Source: Vermamoeba vermiformis
Taxonomy: Eukaryota
Direction: 5' to 3'
Assembly: GCA_045837725.1 (NCBI GenBank)
Contig: JBEWZL010000278.1
Location: forward strand, 434,001 to 498,000
DNA length: 64,000 nt
Under the pieces are notes generated by a model. That model had not been told where the DNA came from. It did no database searches and was given only the letters and a program-made list of their open reading frames with translations. A program made the position numbers and the translations under genes. Positions 53,223 to 64,000 of this stretch are shown one piece after another. Each line of letters begins with the position of its first letter. The stretch's first letter is position 1.

Positions 53223-55911
53223 ATGACCGTTACGCGGTTATGGCATTTATACTAGAGTGTTGGAACGATACCACGAATATTTATATTACTGGGGTTTAAT
53301 CTGTGCAGGCGACAAGCGATTGTTCTTGGCAACTATATGCAAATCCTTTGTTGATGTACACGAACTCGCTTCCCAACTCGCCTTACCGGCGTATTGCCCC
53401 TCCAACGTCGCCACAAACGCCCATAAATGATACATATTTAACACCAGCAAAGCCACGTACTCTATCACCCCTCACACCGAGTAAATTAAATGGAGCGGAT
53501 TTATCAGTGACGTTGTCTGAACTGCGAAACCAATTGCAAAGTAAAGAGCTGCATTACCTACAAAAAATTAAGGAATTGGAGGAGGATCTCAAATATGTCA
53601 GCGAGAAATATAACGAGCTTGTCGCAGATCCAGAACATCAGAAGTTTTTATCGGTGATCGACCAACTTCAGGTAATTAACATGCAAGTTCTCGTGCATAA
53701 ATTAAAAAATAATTATTCAAATATATGGCACGTAAACTAAAACATTTTCACGGTCAGATCAAGATCTCTCAACAACACGACGATTTAAAAATGCGTGATG
53801 ATAGAATCGATGATCTACAAAGGCTAGTCGATGACCAGGGTGCGCGAATGGAAAATTTGGAGGCTAAGTTGAAAGAACAGACGTAAGTTTCAATCAATTG
53901 ACTAAAATGATTTAATTCAAGAAATCGAGATATTAAAGATTCGATACTCATTAATCACATTCTATAGGCTGCTTGTTATTCAAAAATATGAGGAGTTCCT
54001 ATCGACATCCAAGACATACGCGAGAGCGATTACCGAAAAAGACAAAATAATAGAAAATCTTACAGAGCGATTGAACAATATTACTAAACAAAGTAAGCTC
54101 ATAAATACTTATTTTCTTGTAGTTTCGGTTATTCGGTTAGAAAAACACAAAACTTTTGAAATTTCTACGATCGGATCTATTTTAATAATATTTAAAGATT
54201 CGCAGTGATTAATCAATGGCTAATTGATGCATATTTAAATAGAGGAGGATTCGGAGAGATTAGTCCAATCCGAAATCGAACAGTTGAAGCTTCAAGTCAA
54301 AATTAAAGATAGACAGATCGAGGCAGTTAGTATGCAATATGAAGCAGCGAAGAGTGAATATGATGAATCATTGCACTATTTTGAGCAAATGACGCAGAGT
54401 TCTCAGAGCAATTTCGATACTCTCAGTAAGCGCATGAACGAGCAAATGGAAGAAATTCTGCTGAAAGACAAACAAGTTGAGGAGCTTAATGCGCGTGTCA
54501 AGCAATTACTTTCGCAAGGTACGTCATGATATTACTAATGGGCGTATTTATACTTATGATTCAATAGCGTACACGGCGAAAAATATGTACGAGGACTCTG
54601 TGCAAGCATTAAATGTTGAGCTCGCGTCCAAGTCCAAGCAACTCACGATCTTGCAAAGCCAAGTCGAAATTCTGAAAATAGAAGCTGCGCAAAAGCAATC
54701 CGAATACGAACTTGCATTGCATCAAGAACGACTCAAGTTAGACGTCAAAAAAGTCGAGAATTTGGAGCGCGAGAAGAACGAACTTAAAGAGGAAAACAAA
54801 TCACTCTACGAGAAGTTGAAAGAGCGAGAGACGCAAAGTCAGTTGTTGGCCGTGAAAATCGATTCTGTTGAGTTACAGAAGGACAACATGACCAAACAAC
54901 TCGATGGTAAGGCTTTGATACAAAAATGTACAACGTGTTAATTCTTCAACAGAGTTGCGGCGCGAGGTCAGTCAGCTGCGCGACGAGTTGAAGCAGAAAG
55001 ATGAGTTGCTGGTCGTGTACAATCAAAACAACGCGCAGTTGCAGAATGACTTGCAAGGCCTACGGCAGTCGATGACTGAAGTAAAACAGAGCCACGAGGT
55101 TGTAGTAACACCGAGGCGCGTGGTAGAGGAGGTCGTTGTCAGTGTCCCAACGCCGACTGAAGTGATGATGGATCGTCTCGTCGAGCGCCAAACTGAAGTC
55201 AACGAACAGCCTTCTACAGTCGTAGAAATAGCCTCAGAAGAGCCTCTAAGAGCATCACAGATCGAAGAACAGCAAACAGAGCTAGAATCGAGTTCTCCCG
55301 CTGAAGTGCCTGTCGTGGAATCGTCTTCTGCGGACACGTCTGTAGTTCAGTCTCCGACGGAGCCGAGCGCAGAGACAACAAAACCAACCGATGAAATTGG
55401 CGTTACTCGCGACGAAGTTAAGCAAGATCAGCCAGATCTTATCGAGGCTACCGCTACCAGCGAGCTTACGGAAAATGGCTCACGTGCTCAACACAGATCC
55501 GACGACGAAAAAGATAACTCAGAAGAGTCTGTGTCCGAGAGCGAAAGCAGCGAAGAGAGTATGAGCAGCGAGAGCGAAGAGAATCCCAAAGAATTGAGGG
55601 CAAGCAACTCTAGTTCCGTTGCAAGCAGCTCGACTGGCGCCGCATCGAAGTTCAACACGAATCCGGCCAAGGCCGAACCGAAACAGCCTCCTGTCAAGGT
55701 TCAAGCTACAATTACGAAGAACTCCTCGAGGAAAGGGCCTAGCAAGCTATGCGGAGTTTTGATACTGATTTTGTGGCTGTTAGTAAGTTCGATCGCGCTT
55801 TTTATGGTGAAACCAGAGCTTGTAAGTTCTTTCATCGATATTCCGGCGTCTTCAGAAATACTTTCAACCGTGTATAGTACCGTGTACAATTACGTTAAAT
55901 CTTACCTGTAA
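53223..55911 (+). CDS. Long coiled-coil, tail-anchored membrane protein (golgin-like architecture)
   Basis: Heptad-rich E/K/Q/L exons, an acidic Ser-rich linker and a single C-terminal TM LCGVLILILWLLVSSIALFMV. The start is approximate. Confidence 0.75.
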
Positions 55912-56068
55912 ATAAATTAAAGCACGCAAATCTGAACCTTTTGTTTTGGTGTATCGTTGGAGCATTAACACGGTCATTGTCAAGTCTTTTAATTAATAAC
56001 TACGTTAATCAAAACCGTTGTTTTATTAGTTCGGTTAATTGGGACAGTTATTTATTTCCCGCCGCAAG

Positions 56069-59000
56069 ATGGAAGAGACACAGGGCAAAAAGAAGCGGAA
56101 TAAAAGAGGCGGTGGCGTATACGAGCATGGGTTAATAACGGAATATGAGTCAGAACCATCTAAAGACAAAAAGAAAGAGCAAAAATTGGCAGAATCAACC
56201 TATAACGATCTACCAACGATTAATGTGCCAGGGAAAAACGAAGACGCGCCAAATTATATTGAAGATACGCAGACTGAATCAGAGCTGACGAAAATTGCAA
56301 ATACAAAAATCTGTAAGGAATTTTAATTTTTGATATATTTTTAAAAGCGGTAGAAGGCATCGTAAATTCGGTTAAAATGTCGAAATATAGAGTCCAAAAA
56401 ATCGTTCGATACTAGTTATAGCATTGCTAATTTATTATTTTGGTGCAGCACCGAGATCCACGCCCAGATCGAAAATTGATACTGAACAATTAAACAAAAT
56501 ATTGGTCAAAATGCCCAAATCTCAGCTCAAGGAGCTAATCACCGACGTTATTAATATTGACGATGAAATGATGATATTGATTAAAAAATACGCCGACGCT
56601 CAGGCGAACTTGCGCATCCAACCTTTCAAGAAAGATTGGAACAAGGATTATCAAGCGATATTGAGTGAACCCGACAGCGAGAGCAAATTCAAAAAGCTTT
56701 ATCATTTAGCCCACGATTTCGTTTACGCTGCCAATACGTTCGTGTCACTTTTGTATCTCCTCGTAATCTCGCTAACCTACGACTTAACAGGTACGCTAAA
56801 ATTATCATCTCAGAACTGGCCTTGCCTCCTGACGAAAAAACAATAGAGGTAAGCTATAAACGATAAATTACAATGCATTCTCACACGTACTTCAGTTGAT
56901 GGACATTGGAGGTATCGCAGGTGGCACGTAAGTCGAGCACTGCATCGATTATTTAAGATAATAACGTCTCGTAGTAAATTTGTGTGTCAGAATATTCTGT
57001 TCAAGTTCGTATTGGATTTTGAATTGAAGCAAGGCCTGTGGATGTACGGAGGAGACTCTAGGAACGACGAATATGTACGACGAGCGACCGCCACTCGTGG
57101 TCAATCCATACTAACGTTGCATATATTGTAGGCGATGAAGGCTGCAGCACATGAGCTGAAAGGATTGATTGGCTATTATTCTTGCAACATTCCAGGTCTC
57201 AACTTTCCGTTGATGGCGATGATCGATTACAAAGGATTCCGTGTAATTGCAATGTCCATTCTTCCGATCAACTCAAAAACAATTAAATATGGTAAGTGTA
57301 CGAAGCAGCACTGCCTAGTTAGCTAACAAGCTTAATTAGGTTCGAGTGACGCCGGAACAAATGTTCACTGCGACGTACCTGAGCTAAACGAGAAAATGGA
57401 TCGTGCTGCAACGATTTTAAACTTGAAGAAGCATGTGATTGGTGCCCGTGAAGGCAGCAACATTCGGTTGAGCAGTCCCGGTGATTTGGAAGGACATTTG
57501 GGTCTCGTAAGTTATTTCAGCACGTGAACTTCGTTGACTTAGTCAACTCATATTATGTAGGACGGGCGATTCTACTTGCTAGATTTCGCAAGGACCTTAC
57601 CACCTGAGGGCCCTGATGTTGAGTACGTCCACCATGCTTTAATGAATTTTACTAACGTTTGTAGTCCTAAATTCCGCGAGAGCCGACAGGTTTATTATAA
57701 GCTGCTACGACAAGAGGTAAGCAAATCACTATCAATCTGACTAATACGCATGATTTGCTAACTAGACTTGTAGTTTGTTCGTATTTGGCCAACGCCTTTG
57801 TGTTCCGATGCATTCACGGCCTGGCAGAAAAATGATCCCGAGAAACAAGTAAGCACACGGTACCATAATGCATTGAACCTAACGTCGTTGTAGCAAAATG
57901 ATTTGGAGATAATGAAGGCCACAAAATATTTGATGACACGTGCCATTCCTGATTTTGCGGACAAATTGGACAAACTGTTGCCTAATGAAAGTGCTAGCAG
58001 TCCGTCTTTCGTTATGAATAGGGCTGCTTTCGCTGCCGAATTTGCAAAGATTCACAAGCAGTTTGATTTCTCGCGGGATTTGGACCCGAACAAAACCGCT
58101 GCAGGAAGTAGCGCGCAGTCTTTGGAGATCAATCACACGATCGAAGAAATGCATCGACATGGTATCAACATCAGACATCTTGGGCTGCTGAGGACGTTCT
58201 CAAGGTCTAAGCCCGTCAAACGATTGCTCTTATTGGAAATGGTGGCACGCGTCATCAAAGACGTTCTGAGGTCTCAAATGAGAAACATTATGCGAGAGGT
58301 TCGAGTGTTGTCAGAAGAACCGTTCAAGCAGATTGTATTGAAGACGTTCAACTACACTCTTGGCCGCGATCCCCAATCAGCGAAGTTTTGGGCAATCGTG
58401 AAAAATCGACTGGTTCGCAAATTCAAGAAAGCCCTGGCAGACAACGAGCTTAATGTAAGTTAAAGTCTTGTTATTGATAATACTAACACCCATAGACCGA
58501 TTTGCACGATTCGATCAACATGTTCTCGCTATTTTCGCGATTGCAAGAGCTCGTTGGAGTAGAGCTTACGTCAGAAGCGAAGCAAGAGTTGCGCGATTTC
58601 CCTGATAGCTTTGAGTTCGTAAGCTCTGACGTGCTCGAAGTCTATGCCAAGGTCAAGCACTTGAACATTATCGATTATGCCGGTATGTTGTATTACGTTC
58701 CATATAAGTATTACGTGCTAATTATAATCACAGAGGGCATGGCTCTGTCTTTTATGGCTAAGAAAACTGACGGCAAAAGAGAGCGACTACGCTTGCTGAA
58801 ACTCAGTTCACAGAAGTTCGAAAGTGCTTTGCGTGCTCTTCCCGACAGCTTCATGACGCTGTATCAATGGGGTTGCGTGCTCGTAGAAGAAGCCAATATG
58901 AACGTTGCAGCGAAGGCTCAGCAGAGCTTGGAGAAGGCCTGCGAAAAGTTCCGTGAGGCCATTATTATCAACCCGAAATTTCAGGAATGTCAACTGCGGC

Positions 59001-62000
59001 TGGGTGACGCATTGATTCAACTCGCCAAGATGAAAACGACCACCGATGTTAGAAGCAGAGTAATCAAGAAGCTTTACAAACAAGCTAGCGAAGAGCTCCG
59101 CAAATCACTGGACATCAATGTAGACTTCAAAGGTTTCGAGTCGGTCTTCCAACGCATTCAAACAATGTACATTACTGCTTCGGACGACAAAGAGACTTAC
59201 AAGCGAAGAAAGATGATGTTCTACGGAATTTCCAAGATCTGCAAGCACCTCTACAATCAATTGCTACAGCATCGAGAGGCTATTCTACGCGTAGATCAAA
59301 CTTCCGTAGAAGCACTGGGAAGGCTCGAAGAGATGCAGAAGATTATGGACGAGCACGGAGAGACTTTGAAGGCGATTCAAGACCTTGATTTTGCAAATGT
59401 CAGCAATACGAACAACAAAGAGACTACAGCGACTAGACCGCGTTCAGGATCAACTGGAGGAGTGAATCCATTGCGTGTTTCGGCAAAAGCGAAGAATCCG
59501 TTGTACGTGCCGGGTTTTCGTGGTTCAATTGACATCTTCGGAGCGAAGGCAGCGAACAATAATTATTCGCAGCCAGTAATGAGCAAGTCAAAGTCTTTAA
59601 CAGCGACAAACTCCGAAGACAAAGATTTGTACGGTGGTGATCCTCTCTACAACCAAGCAATGGAAGACGATGAATTAAGTCAACTGTTCCGAGGCGCTTA
59701 CACCGAGGAATTGTCTCCAGTTCCCAGCACTAGCGGTAATGACACGCTGCCGTCACCTCGTTCAAAGTTTAGCAAAAAGCCAGGCTTACTAAAGACCAAG
59801 TCCACCTCCGCTCCAAAGATTCAGCGACACCGTAGAACTGTGTCTGATCCACTCGGCAAAGAAGATATGACTTACGAAGATCGAGTTGCTTATTACAACA
59901 GAATAACTACGGAAGTGACTAGCATTTGGAGCGATTCACTGCTTCAATACGCCTCTATGAAGAAGTCGTTTACCTCGGCGGAATCTTTGTTCACCAAATC
60001 AGCCGACGTTTTGACTAAGCTCATCGCCATCGATGCTAAAAATGACGATGTTATTCGTAGAAACGTCGAGTATCTCAAGACTAAAGCAAAGGGTACGTGC
60101 ATAGCTCGCTCTAATTCGAGGATCTAATCTCATTCTTGCAGCAAATAAAAAGCTTCACTTCGCCATCTCCGAGCTGTACAAGGTGCTCGAGAAGCAAGAA
60201 AACCATAAGAATGACGAGTCAATGCTGTACGCTTGGGGAGAGTGCTTGTTGGAATACGCGTCGTGCTTTTTCACGGAAATCGAACGGTTCACCCAACTGC
60301 ACGCCGAAGCCGGTCAGAAGTTCGAGCGATTGTTGAAGATATCTTCAACGTATTTGGATAATTATGTTATCAATTTGCTTTGCAAGCAAGACAGGTAAGG
60401 GTCCTTATTAGTACTCTACGAAAAACAACTAACAAATGTTGTTTCAGAACGGCTCTCGAGCAATTGATCCTGCTCCTTCCTTCATGCCCTTCGTTCCTGG
60501 AAAGAATTAAAGCGTTGAGTGACAAGTTCACTGCGATTAGTTTTGAAGGCAGCTCTCAATTGACAGGTATTATTATTATATTGATTTGTTCATGAAACCA
60601 AGCGCTAATCCGTGCATCGAAGATGATATCTTGGACCAAATCTTGCCAGTGCTCCCTCACTTGCAAGAAGTCAATTTCAGCTTCGTGAAGTCTGTCACCG
60701 ATAGCAGCTTGGCGGTTATTGCCAAGAAAGCGCCGCAATTGCAAAAAATCAACCTTTCCAATTGTACAAATATCACTGACGAGGGTATTCTCGTGATGTG
60801 CAGCAATTTGAAAGAGCTTCAAGAGATCAACTTGGCAAATTCGAGCATCACTGACGAATCCGTGCAACACTTGGTGACACATTTGCCGAGTAAGTTGATG
60901 CTAGCGTATTGTTGACAGCTAACGAATGTCGTTGTAGAGCTGAAGAAGCTGGACTTGGAACGTTGCAAGATTACCAATGCAGCTCTGCGGCACATCGCTC
61001 AGGCTCGGAGTCTAGCGTGTTTGGAAAGTTTATCGTTCAATCGCTGTTTGAAAATCGAAGACTCAGGCCTTGCTGCGTTTGAAACACGTAAGTACTGCAG
61101 ATTAATTTCGCGTTGCTGGGTTAGCTAACTTAAATTCGAAGAAAAATGCCCGAGCCTGAAGAATATCGAATTGAACGGTTGCTCACAGCTCACTGTAGAA
61201 GCAATTCGTTCTATTCTTGTGTCATTTCCGAACCTCACAAGCTTGTCCCTCGAATCGGACTACAGCATCAATGACGAGTGCGTCAGCATTATCAGCGGCT
61301 TGACAAAGTTGGAAAAGTTAAATATGCGCAACACCAAGGTCACGAGCAAAGGCTTGGTCCACTTGACTGCTTTGCTCAACTTGACTTATTTGGATATTTC
61401 AAAGTGTCCTATTTTGCCGAAGATCAAGGAGGCCAACAAAGTGCCCGACGCCTCTTCCTCGCAAGATTTCACGCCCGAGGAGCCCGGCAATTTCTCTAGT
61501 AAGATTGATACCGTATTGCAACGTATTTATACTAACGACGTTTTCAAGCATTGGTACACAATTTCGAGGGAATTGAACGTGAAGAGTTGATCGAGGTTGA
61601 CAAGTCGTTGGAGGCATTCATGGAAGTAGTAGGACCTCGCCTTAACACGCTGTTGATGGCACAGTGTCCTACGATACCGAATTACTACTTCTCGTTGCTG
61701 GGCCGCAAGCTAGTGGGACTGTTGCAGACTCTCGACTTATCAGAGAACCGCGAATTGACTACGGAGGCGCTCATTAGCATCACAAAGGGATCTCCAAACT
61801 TGGAAAGTCTTACGCTTGACGCGTGTCGGTTGACGGATACCGGTGCATTTGCTATCGCAGACAACTGTCTGAGAATCAAACACTTGAACTTGTCGCGATG
61901 CAGCGTATCGGATAGCGCGTTGAGTTACTTGGGTTTGAAGTTGAACAAGTGTCAGACGTTAATCTTGGCCGGCAATTTTGCCATGACAGATAAGGTAATA

Positions 62001-63315
62001 GCACTTCGGATAGAATTCCATTAGCTAACTCGTTGCTAGGCAATGACCTCAATCGCCAATCATATGAAGAGCTTGAGACATGTTAATGTGGGCTCTTGCA
62101 ACAAAATTAAGGTAAGCCTTCGAATCCACGAGTACGTGATCTAATACACAACTGAAGGACGACGGAATAATAGACTTGCTGTACGCCATTCCTGAAGTCG
62201 AGTTCATCAACTTGGAGAACTGCAACATTTCAAATCGCACTTTACAGAAGATCGGCGCAATTTGCACGAACTTGAAGACACTTATTATTGCAAGGTGTAC
62301 TACGATCAATGACGGTGGTATTGAAAACTTGGTGTCCGGCTCCAAGACGTTGCGCAAGCTAGATCTAACTGGACTCAACTTAATCGGTGATAGAGTACGT
62401 TAATTCAACGGTGGATTGCAAAGTTTGCTAATGTTCTCGTAGGCATTGATCGCCATTGCAAAATATTTGCCGTACTTGGAGCACATTGTGTTGAAGAACT
62501 GCGACAACGTAACTGAAAAGGGTATTGCGACGTTGGAGTCGAACAAATCCTTGAAGTCGATGATATTGCCTGAAAAGGATTTCAAGTTAATCAAGGTAGG
62601 TTGTCGCTGTTTAGGATAACGAGTATATTAACATCTATCTAGGAACTCGGAAGCGCTTTGAAAGATCCAAAAATCAACACGCTGATCTACAAACCTATTT
62701 TGATCAACTCTGCAGAAAAACGACGAAACCCGTCGGTCGGAGGTAATACACCTGTAACCAACCATTTTATCGATGTTAATTTTTGCTGTAGAAGCGGAAC
62801 TGCTTGAAAAGCACGCAACCATTCACAAGCGCCGTAGACAGTTGCGAAAAGAGAGTACTGGCGAATTGCCCGAAATGCCATTACAGTTGTCAGTCTCTGT
62901 TACCTCTGACACGGGCTCTGAACTGTCAACAAGTACCAACTTGACTGATTCTGACTCCACGGCACAGAACTCTCCTCGAGCTTTTCGAATTAATTCCCCA
63001 CTTCAATCGAGCAATTCTTCTGTACAGGCTCCCAACTCGCCTCTCTTGACCCCTAGATCTCCTCGCACTTACGTAGATTTCAACACAAAGTTTACGTACA
63101 AAGAACTCAGTGCTAAGGAGAAGCCAAAAGACTGTGATGCTCAGAACTTAGAGGTATGGAAATTCTGCTGTTACTTTCCAATTCTAATATTCCATCTGTA
63201 GAAATACTTGAATGAAGAGGAGTTTATCAAAGTATTTGGTACAACATCTGAAGAGTTCTACAAGTTGCCAAAGTGGCGACAAAATCAAAGGAAAAAGGAC
63301 CTAAAGTTGTTTTAA
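56069..63315 (+). CDS. Clu/CLU-central + TPR-like + LRR + villin headpiece protein
   Basis: Clu motifs DFVYAA...GGIAGG...MKAAAHELKGL...IDYKGFRVIAMS...GHLGLDGRFYLLDFAR; EMHRHGINIRHLG; FBXL-type LRRs; C-terminal KYLNEEEFIKVFG...FYKLPKWRQNQRKKDLKLF* (VHP). Confidence 0.88.
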
Positions 63316-63359
63316 TTAATTGTAAATAATAGTTGTAAAATGTTTTTAATCAATTTTGT

Positions 63360-64000
63360 TTTGGATTATCTTCATTATGTAGCTGTGCAGCACCTAACTG
63401 TCTCCAATTGAGTAATAATGCAGCTACTCAACATGTTGACTGTGGAATTCTGTTGGTGAGAATAAATTTGTGTTTCTTCACTATGAATAAATTATGTGTA
63501 GTTTTAATTTTTTGCTTTCTCCTCCATGAATACACTTAAAAAATAAATAGCTCACTTTAGTGTATTTCTGAGCATAAATATTTTGTAAGGGGTTAGGGTT
63601 GATAGATTTTGGAGTCTAGTTTTTCATTGTGTGGTAGTACAGTGTATCTGTTGCTATTGGATCTAGTAGAAGGATTTAAAACCGTGTAGTACACAATAGT
63701 CTGTTCACAGTGGTGGAATTCTTGCAGGAACATTGTCAATTTCCTGTGGGCAAACAAAAAATTCTGTGATGAAATCCTTTACTAAGTTATCACTATGGAA
63801 ATTCGCTGCACCAAACAAATAGTGGCTAAGCCTCCTTTGCTAATTATTGTATTACACTAAGAACAACAGTTGTGACTGTGCTGGTCATGATTAAATATTG
63901 TTGCTGCCAAGTATGAGATTCATCAGCTGTTGGAAGGTGGCAGGTGTATTTGTTAGACTGAAGGACATGATGTTATATTTGAATGAACCCTCCTCTGTGA
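63360..64000 (-). mobile_element. Possible decayed Ty1/copia-like retroelement remnant
   Basis: Strong CpG depletion. The minus-strand translation HGGE...IHSEETQIYSHQQNSTVNML...ETVRC loosely resembles integrase DNGGE...PYSPQQNG...VRCML. Confidence 0.3.

Noticed and set aside
1-64000. Prokaryotic operon, CRISPR or defence-island interpretation
   Set aside because: The ORFs are exon fragments bounded by GT-AG introns with branch sites. No repeat-spacer array was seen.

Overview
Gene-dense, AT-rich eukaryotic nuclear DNA with many short spliceosomal introns (GTAAG/GTACG...CTAAY...YAG). The gene content (S53 sedolisin, Clu-LRR protein, class C GPCR with a bacterial-type binding domain, many F-box/BTB adaptors) fits a free-living protist, probably an amoebozoan; this is inference. 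I spliced about 23 genes or pseudogenes by eye, so the supplied ORFs are mostly single exons and some starts are approximate. No rRNA, tRNA or CRISPR was seen. The most unusual items are: (1) a tandem pair of genes fusing an N-terminal F-box to a complete eEF1A/HBS1-like three-domain fold with a degenerate P-loop; (2) a protein with a PAF15/H3-like 'VRTK' N-terminus, a CDCA7-type zf-4CXXC_R1 finger and an HP1-like chromodomain; (3) a class C GPCR whose ectodomain is a glycine-betaine (OpuAC/ProX) binding domain; (4) three PA-domain 7TM paralogues; (5) a perfect 12-bp palindrome, TGACACGTGTCA, repeated in five introns.
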